Assembly: GCF_963921235.1 (NCBI RefSeq)
Contig: NC_086097.1
Coordinates: 49,292,001-49,356,000 of the forward strand
Direction: 5' to 3'
Origin: Mobula hypostoma
Taxonomy: Eukaryota
DNA length: 64,000 nt
The translations under genes were made by a program, and so were the position numbers. How positions within the stretch are numbered: the stretch's first letter is position 1; the number at the start of each line of letters is the position of its first letter. The notes below the pieces were generated by a model. That model was not told the DNA's origin. It saw nothing but the letters and a program-made list of their open reading frames with translations, and did no database searches. Below, in pieces: positions 50,648 through 63,292 of the stretch.

Positions 50648-51825
50648 CAGCGGTCCCCAACCGCCGGGCCGCAAAGCATGTGCTATCAGGCCGCGAGGAA
50701 ACGATATGATTTGGCGATATGAGTCAGCTACACCTTTCCTCATTCCCTGTCACGCACTGTTGAGCTTGAACGCATGCGAAGTCATTACACAAGCGTCACT
50801 CATGTCAGCGCGGGAAGAAGATCAACTCCTCGAGCTTGCAAATGACGGTGGGCTGAAAAGTATGTTTGACATAACATCTCTGCCGGCATTCTGGATCAAA
50901 GTCAAGGCTAAATATTCTGAGATAGCCACGAAAGCACTGAAAACATTGCTTCCATTTCCAACATATCTCTGCAATGAATGCAACGAAAACTAAATTGCGG
51001 AATAGACTGGACTTAAGGAATCCCCTTCGAGTATCGCTGTCTCCCATCACCCCTCGATGGCACCATCTTGCTGCAGGGAAACAAGCCCAGGGCTCCCACT
51101 GATTCAGCGATATTGGTGCGTTGCAATGATTATATATGCTCATACGGGGAAAATATGTGCTGTGTGTTTAATACCCAAACGTTACTTAAAATGTGATGAT
51201 GCTACTGACTTATAAGTATCTTTTATAACCATGTAACAATTACAGCACGGAAACAGGCCATCTCGGCCCTTCTAATCCGTGTCAACCACTACTCTCACCT
51301 AGTCCGACCAACCTGCACTCAGCCCATAACCCTCCATTCCTTTCCTGTCCATATACCTATCCAATTTGTCTTTAAATGATAATATCGAATCTACCTCTAC
51401 CACTTCTGCTGGAAGTTCATTCAACACTTACTTCAAGCTCCCCTGTTCCCCCCTGATAATTGACTTATCACTATATTCATGCGAGGAAAATATGCGATGT
51501 GTGTTTAATATTAAATTCGTTAGATAAGCCCTTTTAGAAACAAAATTGAGTGTATTAGCCACTTATCACCTATATTCCGGTCGAGATTAACACTCCCCCC
51601 CCCGAACAGAATCGCCAAAAACGATTTGTAGAAAAAAATCGGCACGTACACGCATGCGCACACAGGTGCCCATGCAAGGCTTCATGGTCAGGGTAGTCTT
51701 TCTCGGGGTAAACACAACATATTTGACTGCTCCTCTTGTCCGTTGGCAACCCTAACACCGCGCCCCCCCCCCGCCCCCGGTCGGCCGGTCCACAAGAATA
51801 TTGTCGATAATAAACCAGTCCCCTG
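50648..51825 (+). mobile_element. hAT/Charlie non-autonomous element (copy 1; right TIR mostly deleted)
   Basis: Left TIR CAGCGGTCCCCAACC; 8-bp TSD CTGTATGG/CTGTGTGG; transposase C-terminal remnant FWIKVKAKYSEIATKALKTLLPFPTYLC. Confidence 0.88.
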
Positions 51826-51879
51826 CTGTGTGGTATCCAAATTGAAGAATCATCAACTTAACATTTTCCAATTTGTAAA

Positions 51880-52420
51880 TTAACAAATTGGTTTATTATT
51901 GTCAGCTGTATCAAAGTACAGTGAAAATCTTCATTTTATGTGCTATCTATACAAGTCATTTCATTACAGCAGTGCATTGAGATAGTTCAAGGGTAAAAAT
52001 ACAGAATAAGATGCTACAGTTACAGATAAAGTGCGGTTCAGATAAACAATGAGATACAAGGTCAACTGGGTGGGAAAAATTCCATTTTGTCACACTAAGG
52101 GACTGTTGAATAGTCTTATGACAGTGGGATAGAAGCTGTCCTTGGGCATGGTAGTATGTGTTTTCAGGTTTATGTATCTTCTGCCTTATGGAAGAGGAGA
52201 AAAGAGGAAATGTTAGAGATGGGTGGGGTCTTTCATCATCTTTACTGTTTTACTGAGATAGGGAGAAGTGTAGACAGAATCCTTGGAAGAGAGGCTGGTT
52301 TCCATGATGTGCAGAACTGTGTCGACAGTTCTCTGCAATCTCTGCCTGTGACCACACCAAGCCATGAAGTATCCAGATTGGATGCTTTCAACTGAGCACA
52401 CACCATTTTTCTTCAGCCTG
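51880..52420 (-). mobile_element. Rex1-like 3' fragment
   Basis: Tail TTGGTTTATTATTGTC; minus-strand ORF remnant VESIQSGYFMAWCG..LQRTVDT. Confidence 0.62.
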
Positions 52421-53051
52421 AATACGCCCATTGCGGTGAATTAAATTACTCAAAGCTGCACATTCGTGAAGTACTGTCGACAAATATTCTCAGCAGAATT
52501 GTTGCTTCGTGAAGCCACTATAAAGAACTACCTGAATGTTAAGCACAAAGATCAGCAAAATGTTGCCTTGAAAAGCATCCTCTCAATTAACAGACCAGAA
52601 TGACCCCATGCTCCTTTCACAATCAGTTGAGAAAGGGCGGGGGGGGGGTAAAATGTTTTGGAAGGAATGGGAAGGAGTCATGGATCAGAACTGATGGAAA
52701 TATTCTACCAAGAGTCAGATTGTCCTTGATGGATCAAATGGCTTTCTTCTGTACCAAGGTTTGTAAAGGAGAGCAAAACTGCTCTGACATCAAGTCAGTA
52801 TTGACAATGCAACAGGTCCACTCAACCAAACTCCAGAGCATACAGGTTTCTCTCTGCTCACATCCACAGAACTGTTCCTCATCATGCATTTACCCAAGGC
52901 ACACAATGATTATTTGCAAGTCTGATACACACTTAGGAAAGTATTACCTCAACGTTTTAACTACCTTAACTCACTTATTACATTGTCTATACTTCTGTTT
53001 AAAGGTCAAATTAACTAAATACTCTCAATTATAATGAATTTATGTAAAACT

Positions 53052-53700
53052 CAGTTCAAAGGTTCATTTGTGATCAAAGTATGTATCCATATACAACTCT
53101 GAGATTCATCTTCTCCAGATAACCACAAAACAAAGAAAGAACATAAAAGGCATTCAGAGAGAAACATCAAACCTACCCTGCACACAAAAAAGAATGACAT
53201 CCCGATCATCAACCTCCAAACCCCCCTTCCCCCACACAAAACAGAACAAGAACATTGACCCCCAAACCCCCTTCCCCCACACAAAACAGAACAAGAACAT
53301 TGACCCCCAAACCCCCCTTCCCCACACAAAATGGAACAAGAGCATCAACCCCCAAAATCCCCTTCCCCTCTCAACAAAACAGAGAGAAATGGGTGAAAAA
53401 CACAGAATATAAAAACCCTATGTCTGAGAAAGTCCACAGTCCATAAAAGCAATAGTCCAATCCATAACGCATAACCACAGCAACATCTTCCTTCGTCAAT
53501 GAAGACAGAGACAGCACACGAGCGCAGAGGCCTACCTGCCTGCCATAGCAAGCCACACAGTGATAGGCCACTCACAGACTCCTCCTCAGCAGGGATCAAA
53601 AGGAAGGCAGTCGGTGCTGAACTCTCACTCACCTTGGCATTGGCCTTGATGCTTTAATTGGCGCTTAATGGGTGCTTTAATCGGCTCACGCTCCGTCTCG
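53052..53700 (-). mobile_element. Non-autonomous retroposon with internal 45-bp tandem repeat
   Basis: Tail GTTCAAAGGTTCATTTGTGATCAAAGTATG at ~53054. Confidence 0.6.
53216..53380. repeat. 45-bp minisatellite (about 3.5 units)
   Basis: Unit CCAAACCCCCTTCCCCCACACAAAACAGAACAAGAACATTGACCC. Confidence 0.85.
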
Positions 53701-56054
53701 GTTTCTGCACCTCGACCACATCTGAGGACAGACTTTCAAATTAAAATCAACTGAGCACGTGCAAAATGGGGCTCAGAACAAGGTGGCAGAAGTGGTACAA
53801 GTCAACTAAATTGGAAAAAAGATGAGATAATAGTAAAGCACAAAAAGCATTTAGTTAAAGCAAAAAATGAAACTCTTTATACTAAGACCAAGATGAAGAA
53901 AAGGTAAACCAGCAGAAGGAACCTGCTTTGTTGTCTACTGTGTTTTTCTGCTGGAGATTGTAGGCATGCTACATTGATGCCAGAATGTGTGGTGTCACTT
54001 GTGGGCTGCCCCCCAGCACACCCTCGGTTGTGTTGCCTGTTAATGAAAATGACACATTTTACTGTACACTTCGATGTGTATGTGACAAATAAACTTGAAT
54101 CTTTAAGGTTGTCCACTGGTTTTTATCATCAGTGAGATGAGAAAAGGAGGTGAGCACACGTGCAGAATCCCATTCGGGATTCATGAGCTCATTAGTAAGT
54201 TGTCCATCAGCACTGTACAGGCCTGCAAATCAGAGAAAACTGATATGCTTCTCAAGTATAGCAGCCAACTGAAATCAATAGAGTAGAGAAATCCTGGCAG
54301 ATTTGATGGCAGTTGAACAGTGATGGCAAGTATTATTAAAACAGCTGACTCCAAAGTAGTACTCACCGTGCAGAAGGGTTGGTCACCTACACAAGTCTAC
54401 TGCTTTTGGATCTTATGAATGGAGCAAACCAAGTGCAGCTACATCTGAATGAGTTGCAGGAAGAGTGTTTGGTATCTTTGAAACAACTTCAGAATGCCAA
54501 GCCAGTGTTGGATCCCCTTTTCTGATAATGCTGAGTGCCACTATTGTGGCTGGAGCTAGACTGTGGACTGTCATCTCTGAAGTGAAGGAAGGAATAGAAA
54601 TCCAGATGAGAAAGCTGAAGTGAGGGGGTGAGTGTGCAGCAAGGATCCATGAAAGGATGTAGAGGAGGGGAAATGAACACACATGGAGTGACAAATAGAC
54701 AATGAAGTACAATGCAGCACCGAGACAGATGTGGAACATCTGGAATCTCATGAGTGCAAAAAAATGAAAATTTCGTCAAAGAAGATTCCAAAGAAAGTAA
54801 GTGACTGGGTTTGACTTTACACATTTTACAATGTTATCATTGTCTGCCTACTGTGGTTTTCTTGGAGATATGATCATGCTTTCACTAAATCAGAATCAAG
54901 TTTATTATCACTGACTAATGTCATGAAATTTGATGTTTTGCTTCAGCAGTACAGTGCAAGATATAAAATTAGCTATGTTACAAAAATAAATAATGCAAAA
55001 GATGAATAACAAGGTAGTGTTCATGGGGTCATGGACCATACAGCAATCCAATGGCAGAGGGGAATAGCTGCTCCTAAAATCACTTTTATATTGCTCCAGT
55101 TTACACAGACTGTAAACAAATTTGATCTTTGTTTAAAGAAAAACTACTTAAGTTTTGGATTCTCTCCAATTCAATAGTTGGCACTGTGACTACCAGTACA
55201 TTCCCTCTTCCCCATGTTCCGTTGGACAGTAGATTGTGCGCAATATTCCACCAATAATTTGAAACTGACATCTCCCATATCAATTCAAACCCTCTCCCTC
55301 ACCAAGTCTTCAAAATCTATTCTGGTCCTCTAAAATTCTCAAGTCTATCAACAAATCCAATATCTCGTTTCTATCTGTTATAGTTATTACCACTAATAGC
55401 AACACAACATCAAAAAAAAATCAATATATTTGGATATCTACTGCATAGAATAGAAGTATTCTAACATCGCCAAAGAGTGAATGTGCACCCATTTAATAAC
55501 ATGAAAAAATTAAGAGGACTACCTTTTAAGAGTCAGATTCCTATATATAAAGGCAATCAAAATAGAATGAAGATTTAAGTCAAACTTCAAAGTTGTGTGT
55601 GCCTAATACTTTTTTTTAAATCAAAACAGTAAATTACAGAGGATTTTTGTTTTTAAAAAAGAAATAGCTTGATGAGATGCCTAGCATATCATTCCTCATT
55701 CTGAAATATGTAACTCAGTGAAGTAATTACTCTAAGTATGGGACACAGTGATTTAAAATACAAGCAGAAGAAAAATGAATTCTGAACTTTGTCCTTCATC
55801 TCAAGTATAGCTTGCATGTTGATAAATAAATGGTGCCATTACAAATTGCTTCTCCTATCCCATTTTACAGTATTATATATAAAACAGCATTTACAATCAA
55901 GTCCAAAAATAATAAAATTACACTGCAACACACAGTGCCTTTTATTGGTTATAAATTAATAATGCAATTTTATAACCTAATTTTATAGCAGCCAAATCTA
56001 ATGTAAACAGAAGAAAGATATATACAGTACATTATATATATATATATAACCAGT

Positions 56055-59000
56055 ATGCTGCGGGAAAAGCTGTGTAAACTCCGGAGGGCGGAACATCTAC
56101 GACAGCAAAGAAGGAAGAAAGAGAAAAGGCGAGCACAGTTTGTGAGAGATCCATTCAGCTTCACCAGGACTCTTCTCGGCCAACAAAAATCTGGTATACT
56201 ATCCAGCTCAAAGCCAGAGGTAGAGGAGTTCCTGCGGGAGGCACACAGTGACCCACGGAGGGGTCAGGGACTAGGAACCAATCGGGCTGTGCGTAGACCG
56301 GAAAATCCATCAATTGAGCTGAATGTGAAGGAGCCTACATGGCAGGAAATCCAGGACATCAACCGGAAAGCTAAAGCATCAGCTGCCCCAGGCCCAAGCA
56401 GCATACCTTATAAGGTGTATAAGAAATGCCCAAAACTTCCTCGGAGGCTGTGGAAGGTCATGATCTGGGCCAAAGGTACTATTCCATCAAGTTGGAAATT
56501 GACAGAGGGATGTTTTATTCCAAAGGAAGAGGATTCTTCCACAATTGCCCAGTTTAGGACAATTTCTCTCCTGGATGTGGAATGTAAGATTTTCTTTTCT
56601 GTGCTCGAAAGAAGGCTGACTTCTTACATCAGCGGTCCCCAACCACCGGGCCATGGACCGGTACCGGGCCGCAAAGCATACACTACCGGGCCGCGAGGAA
56701 GTGATATGATTTGGCGATATGAGTCAGCTGCACCTTTCCTCATTCTCTGTCACGGCCACTGTTGAGCCATTACGCATGCGAGGTCATTACCACAGCGTCA
56801 TCCATTTCAGCGCAGGAAGGAGATCAACTCCGCGAGCTTGCAAATGACGGCGGGCTGGAAAGTATGTTTGACATAACATCTCTACCGGCATTCCGGATCA
56901 AAGTCAAGGCTAAAAATCCTGAGATAGCCACGAAAGCACTGAAAACATTGCTTCCATTTCCAACATATCTCCGCAATGAATGCAATGAAAACTAAATTGC
57001 GGAATAGACTGGACATAAGAAACCCCCTTCGAGTATCGCTGTCTCCCGTCACCCCTCGATAGGACCGTCTTGTTGCAGGAAAACAAGCCCAGGGCTCCCA
57101 CTGATTCAGTGATATTGGTGTGTTGCAATGATTTTATATGTTCATACGGGGAAAATATGTGCTGCGTGTTTAATATCCAAACGTTACTTAAAATGTTATG
57201 ATGCTATTGTCTTATAAAACCATATAACAATTACAGCACGGAAACAGGCCATCTCGGCCCTTCTAGTCCATGCCGAACGCTGCTCTCACCTAGTCCCACT
57301 GACCTGCACTCAGCCCATAACCCTCCATTCCTTTCCTGTCCATATACCTATCCAATTTTTCTTTAAATGATTAATATCGAACCTGCCTCTACCACTTCTA
57401 CTGGAAGTTTGTTCAACACTTACTTCAAGCTCCCCTGTCCTCCCCTGATAGTTGACTTATCACTATATTCATGCGAGGAAAATATGCGCTGTGTGTATAA
57501 TATTAAATTTGTTAGATAATCCCTTTTAGAAAGGAAATTGAGTGCATTAGCCACTTATCACCGATATTCCGGTAGTGATTAACAACCCCCACCCCCCCCC
57601 GAAAAGAATCGCCAAAAATTATTTTGGGGGGTGGGGGGGGGAATCGTACACGCATGCGCACTGGTGCCCGCGCACGGCCTCATGGTAATCGTAGTCTTTC
57701 TCGGGGTAAACCCAGCGTATTTGACTGCACTGCTAGTCTTGTCCATTGGCAACCCTACCACCTCCCACCCCCAGTTGGCCGGTCCACAAGAATATTGTCA
57801 ATATGAAACCGGTCCGCAGTGCAAAAAAGGTTGGGGACCCCTATCTTACATGACGCAGAACCACTATATCAATACATCCATCCAGAAAGGCAGTATTCCA
57901 GGCTTTTCAGGGTGTCTGGAACACACCTCAATGATTAGCCATTTGATTCGTGAGGCCAAGCAGAAAAAGAGTGACCTAACAGTTGTCTGGTTAGACCTCA
58001 CAAACGCCTATAGGTCTATTCTACATGACCCCATGCTAGAAGGACTTGACCACTACTACATCCCAGTGGCTATTCGAGACATGATCACCAGCTACCTAGG
58101 AGGATTCAAACTCAGATTTACATCAGCCCATTTCACAACTAGTTGGCAGGTCCTCCAGAAAGGGATTCCAACAGGGTGCACCATCTCCCCCATTCTATTT
58201 ATTATGGGAATGAATTATCAGCAGCAGAAAATGTAACCCGCGGCCCCATGCTGGAGTCGGGTATTGTTCAGCCGGCTCTACGAGGGTTCATGGACGACAT
58301 CACTATAACAACTGTGTCATATGTCCAAGCAAGATGGGTATTGGAAACCCTGGACAATGTAGCCACTTGGGCGAGGATGTCCTTCAAGGCCAAGAAGTCC
58401 ATGTGTATGGTGATCGGAAAGGGTAAAGTTATAGCAAGTTTAGCCTCCAAGTTCAGGGTGAGGTCATCCCTTCCATCGAAAATAACCTGAAAATGCTTGG
58501 GGAAGTGGTTTAATGTGTCACTGACAGATGGGGACAATGTCACCAATGCTGTGAAGCAGACAGACGAATGGTTGAAGAAGATCGACAAATCCAGACTTCC
58601 CGGTAAATTCAAGACCTGGCTGTACCAATACGGCATTCTGCCCAGGCTTCTCTGGCTCTTCACACTTTATGAGTTCCCCATGACTGCCATAGAGGGCATC
58701 CAGAGGAGAACCAACAAGCACCCGCAGAGATGGTTGGGAGTTCCCCCAAGCTTCTCTTCAGTGGGCCTCTATATTCGATTTGGGCAACTGCATCTTCCCC
58801 TTTCATCTGTTGTGGAGGAATTCAAGGTGGCAAAATGCAGAGCCTTATTAAGCTTGAGAGATTCCAATGACGTCTTGGTAAAGCATACAGGCGTTACAAC
58901 CAGATCTGGGCACAAGTGGGCAGCCAACGCAGCTGTGGAGCAGGTGGTGTGTTCTCTGAAGCTGCGAGATATCATTGGCAACCTCTGTGTCAGGCGGCAA

Positions 59001-59945
59001 GGCCTCGGCTCGGTTCACTTCCAGCAGTGGGGAAATGCAAGCATAAGGAACAGGCGAGACATGGTACAGGCAGAAGTACAGATCCATGAGGAAGAGAAGT
59101 GGATGTCAAAGGCAATAGAACAAGGGTCCCAGGGTCCCTGGACAAAATGGGATCTGCCCAAGTGCAAGATCTCATGGGCAGAGTTATGGAGACGGGAGCC
59201 CTTCCATATTTCCTTCCTCTTGCGAACCGTGTATGACACCCTTCCTTCACCATTACATCTGTACACATGGAAGATGAGAGAGGACCTGAACTGTAAGCTC
59301 TGTGATCAAAAGGGGACACTGGCTCATATACTGTCCGGGTGAAAAACAGCTCTAACTCAAGGACGGTATAGGTGGCACCATGATAAGATGCTTCTGGCTC
59401 TTGCTGACACACTAGAGCGGGAGAGATGCAAGAAGAGGACGGCTGGCACAGATCTGAGGAAGGCCATCACCTTCATCAAAGAGGGAGCCAGGCCTTTCGT
59501 AACCAATCAACCAAAGCCCTAACGGCTTAGCCCTAACCAAAGCCCTGCTGCTAACGGCCAGGTCCTGGGAGATGAGGATCGATGTGGGAAGGAGGTTGCA
59601 GTTCCCGGATGTGGTGAACACAACCCTATGCCTGGACATTGTACTGTGGTCAATGGAAGACAAGAAAATAATTCTGGTTGAGCTGACTGTGCCGTGGGAG
59701 GAGGGAGAAGCCAGAACGAGCCTCTTGTTGGAGTTGCAGTAGGCGAGAGGAGGGAAGCTGGAAGCCAGGAGCAGATGGGCAGTGATTTGGCCACCACTGC
59801 CAGCCCACCAACTGGAGAATGTCGTGGTTAAGGGTTGAAACACTCGGTGAAGGTTGGGAACCACCTGATGACATCTGCTCCTGGCTGAAGTCTACAGTTA
59901 CCTAAAAAGGTATCTGAAGAATGCACCCTAACAGGTGTATGTAAC
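56055..59945 (+). mobile_element. Hero/NeSL-type non-LTR retrotransposon (RT plus restriction-like endonuclease), 5'-truncated, interrupted by hAT
   Basis: APGP, FRTISLL, QKGSIPGFSGCLEH, WLDLTNAY, GIPTGCTISPILF, FMDD, CKLC..HILSG, PDIVLWS..ELTVPWEE; several frameshifts and stops. Confidence 0.9.
56630..57843 (+). mobile_element. hAT/Charlie non-autonomous element (copy 2)
   Basis: TIRs CAGCGGTCCCCAACC / GGTTGGGGACCCCTA; perfect 8-bp TSD TCTTACAT at 56622-56629 and 57844-57851. Confidence 0.93.
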
Positions 59946-60024
59946 AAGATCCAGTCAGATTTTGAAAACCCTATGCCTGAATATTTCATAAAGTAGGACT
60001 TGCATAATCAACAAGTAATAGCAC

Positions 60025-60380
60025 TTTCCCCTTCTCCTTCCCTTTCTCCACGATCCGCTCTCCTCTCCTATCAGATTCCTTATTCTTCAGCCCTTTGCCT
60101 TTTCCACCTATCACCTCCCAGCTTCTTACTTCAACCTTTCCCCCATCCACCTACCTTTCCTCTCACACGGCTTCACTTACCCCCTTCTAGCATGCGTTTC
60201 TACCGCTCCCCCCCCACCCCACCCTCTTCTCACCCCATTCTTTCTAGTCCTGATAAAGGGTCTCGGCCAGAAATGTTGATACTTTGTTCCTTTCTATAGA
60301 TGCTGCCTGACCTGCTGAGTTCCTCCATCATTTTGTATGTGTTATTCTGGAATCCAGGACCTGCAGAATTTCTTGTGTTT
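60025..60380 (+). mobile_element. Penelope 3' repeat fragment with decayed hammerhead (60245-60280)
   Basis: Pyrimidine-rich tract, TAGTCCTGATAAAGGGTCTCGGCCAGAAATG, AGATGCTGCCTGACCTGCTGAGTTCCTCC. Confidence 0.8.
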
Positions 60381-60569
60381 ATCTGCTGAAATGCCTTGGA
60401 ACTAAAGGTATTCAGCAAGTGCAAAAATGCAGTTAAGATAACTGCAACTGAGCTTTAATCTATTAATACTTAAAGAAGTAAAACTCCCGAAGTAAGGTTT
60501 CATTTAAAGTAACATTTCTCAATGTTCAGTTCTTTTCTCATGTCCTTAGCAAATGAACAAGACCACATC

Positions 60570-61665
60570 ACCATACAGCAAAACCTAGACAACATTCAGA
60601 CATGGGCTAATAAGTGGCAGGTAATGTTTGTACCATGAAAATGTTAGACAATGACCATCTGCAACAAGGGAGAGTCTAAGTACCAGTTCTTGACTTTCAT
60701 TTACATGAGCATGGTTGGAACTCTCACCATGAATATCTCGAAGGTCATTGTTAACTAGAAACTCATTAAACCAAACACAAAAATATCGTGGCTACTAAAG
60801 CAAGTGAGACGCTGGGTGCCCTATGGAGTCCCCAACCTGATAACCTGATGCCATTCCCCGATCTAAAAGGCACAAGTCAGGAATGTGATGGAAGTCTCTC
60901 CACTTAGCTGTACAAATACAGCTCCAACAACTTTAAAAGATGCTTTATACCATTCAAGACAAAGTAACCCACCTGAATTACACCAGCATCCAGCATCAGC
61001 ACTTACTGGCTGTTACCTTCAATAAAATGCATTCCAGTTACTTGTCTGGACTACTCTAAAAGCATCCTCAAACCTAGGGTCTCTGCCACCATGAACGAAC
61101 AAGGCAGTAGTTCCACAAGAACCTCACCACCTGCAGATTCGCCTTCAAATTATACACTATCCTGATTTAGAAGTACAGTATATCATTGGTTCTTCTTTGT
61201 TACTGGATAGAAATCCTGGAACACCCTTTCCAACACTCCTGTGGGCACATCTTCATCAAATGGATGGATTTAATCCAAGCTGGTTGCTCACCACTATAGT
61301 CCCAAGTGAAAGATGTTGCTGAAGTTTCACATGGGAAGATTAAGTCACTTCACATTCAGGATGAACTAATCAACTGGATTCAACATTGGGTTGGCATTCT
61401 CCTGCCAGAGAGTGGTAGTAGATGGTGGTCTCTCTGACTGGATTCCTGTGACTAGTGGTGTGCCACTGGGATTGTTGTTTATCATCTATATTAATGATTT
61501 AGATGATAATGTGGTGAACTGAATCAGCAAATTTGTCATGACACTAAGACTGAGTGCATAGAGGACAGCAAGGAAGGCTATCAAAGCTTGCAAGATAATC
61601 TGGACCAGCTGGGAACATGGAATGAAAAATGACAGATAGAATTTAATGAAGACAAGTGTGAAGTG
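60570..61665 (+). mobile_element. Old CR1-group LINE fragments
   Basis: QQNLDNIQTWANKWQVMF remnant at ~60577; GGVPLG..IYINDLDD and LQDNLDQL remnants at 61450-61620. Confidence 0.65.
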
Positions 61666-61669
61666 TTAA

Positions 61670-63292
61670 AAACACAGGAAATCCAAGACAAAACACACAA
61701 ATGCAGGAGGAACTCAGCAGGTCAGGCAGCGTCGATGGAAATGAATAAACAGTTAACATTTCGGGCCTAGACTCTTCATTGGGACTAGAAAAAAGATGAG
61801 AAGTTGGGGGAAGGGGAGGAAGCAGCACAGGATTGCAGGGGAAAGGTGAAACAGGGAAAGGGGGTGGGGGTGAAGTCAAGAGCTGGAAAGGTGATTGTTG
61901 AAAGAGACAAAGGGCTGGGGAAGGGAGGATATGACAGGAGAGAGTAGAATATCATGGAAGAAAGGGAAGGAGGAGAAACACCAGAGGGAGGTGATGGGCA
62001 GGTAAGGAGATAAGAGAGAGGGAAAAGGAAATGGGAAATGCTGAGGGGGGGGCGCGCGGGGGAAGCATTGCCGGAAGTTCAAGAAATCATGCCTTCAGGT
62101 TGGAGGCTACCCAGATGGAACATAAAGTGTTGCTCCTCCACCCCAAGTGTGGCCTCATTATGGGAGCAGAGGGGGCCATGGACTGACATGTCAGAGTGGG
62201 AATGGGCAGTGGAATTAAAATGGGTGGCCATCAGAAGATCCTGCTTTTTCTGGCAGATGGAGATAGGTGCTCTGTGAAGCAGTCTCCCAATCTACATTGG
62301 GTCTCGCCAATATATAGGAGGCTACACCAGGAGCACTGGACACAGTATATGACCCCAACAGACTCACAGGTGAAGTGTCACCTCATCTGGAAGGACTGTT
62401 TGGGCCCTGAATGGTAGTGAGGAAGGAGGTGTAGGGGCAGGTATAGCACTGGTTCTGCTTGCAAGGAAAAGTGCCAGGAGGGCACGAGTGGACAAGGAAG
62501 TCGCTTAGGGAGTGATCCCTGCGGGAAGCAAAAAGAGGGGGTGAGGGAAAGATGTGCTTAGTGTTGTGGCGTGAATGAAATCACCCAGAGAGAGAGTTGC
62601 TGGTAGATACAAAGCAGCTTCTTTATTCAGCAAAGAAGGTACAGCAGGCATCGAGACCTTTTTGGTGGAAAAGGTCTGCTAGCCCAATGTGGGCTCAATA
62701 TTTATTTGCTAAACACAAAGGGCAATCTATATTTACAAAGTATAGATGATGCTTTCTTTTGAAGCTACATGCAAACCATCACACTTTCTGACTTCATCCA
62801 TTCCTCCCAACGCCAGCATGTCTGGGCTGGTATTCACAGCCTTTGGAAATGCAAGTTAAATCCACAATACATATATTTGGTATCTTATGTGCTAACATAG
62901 TGGACAAATCATATTTACAAAGTATAGATAATGCTGTCTTCGAAACTACCTGTAAACTTCACACTCCCATCCCAGAGGCACCACCAGCATCTGGGTTAGT
63001 ATTTCTGTATTCACAGCTTTTAGGAACAGCATTGTTACAAATGAACTGGGTTCACGGCTTTTAGGAAATGCATTGTTATGAACTCAATCCACAGTACTTT
63101 GTCAAAGGGCAGAGGACTGGTGGCCAAAGTCATTTAAGTGTAAATGAATCATCTACCCAAAAACTCACTCTAACACTTAGTGGTGGGATCCCATTGGAGT
63201 TGGCAGAAATTATGGACAATTATGTGCTGGATACAAAGGCTAGTGGGGTGGTAGATGAGGACAAGAGGAACCCTATCCCTGGTGTGGCAGAC
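61670..63292 (-). mobile_element. Penelope-like element (GIY-YIG and 3' repeat), interrupted by a solo LTR
   Basis: Homologous to ~580-1570 in reverse; decayed hammerhead at 61750-61787. Confidence 0.87.
62562..63175 (-). mobile_element. Solo LTR inserted in Penelope
   Basis: TGTT...AACA termini; perfect 5-bp TSD CTTAG at 62557-62561 and 63176-63180; minus-strand AATAAA at ~62622-62627; internal ~180-bp duplication. Confidence 0.85.

Noticed and set aside
53216..53380. Regular repeats superficially like a CRISPR array
   Set aside because: Head-to-tail 45-bp units without unique spacers, inside a retroposon in eukaryotic DNA; no cas genes.
54367..54576. Candidate minus-strand exon (polypyrimidine tract plus CAG acceptor, GTGAGT donor, 210 bp)
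   Set aside because: All three frames contain stops and there is no recognisable protein; a non-coding exon cannot be supported without RNA data.
56055..56765. 236-aa ORF as a novel fusion gene
   Set aside because: It is Hero RT reading through into the inserted hAT terminus; the same applies to 57631..58236.
59836..59875. Type II hammerhead (GAAA...CTGATGA) in the Hero 3' UTR
   Set aside because: No U-H cleavage site after stem III and no stem II pairing.
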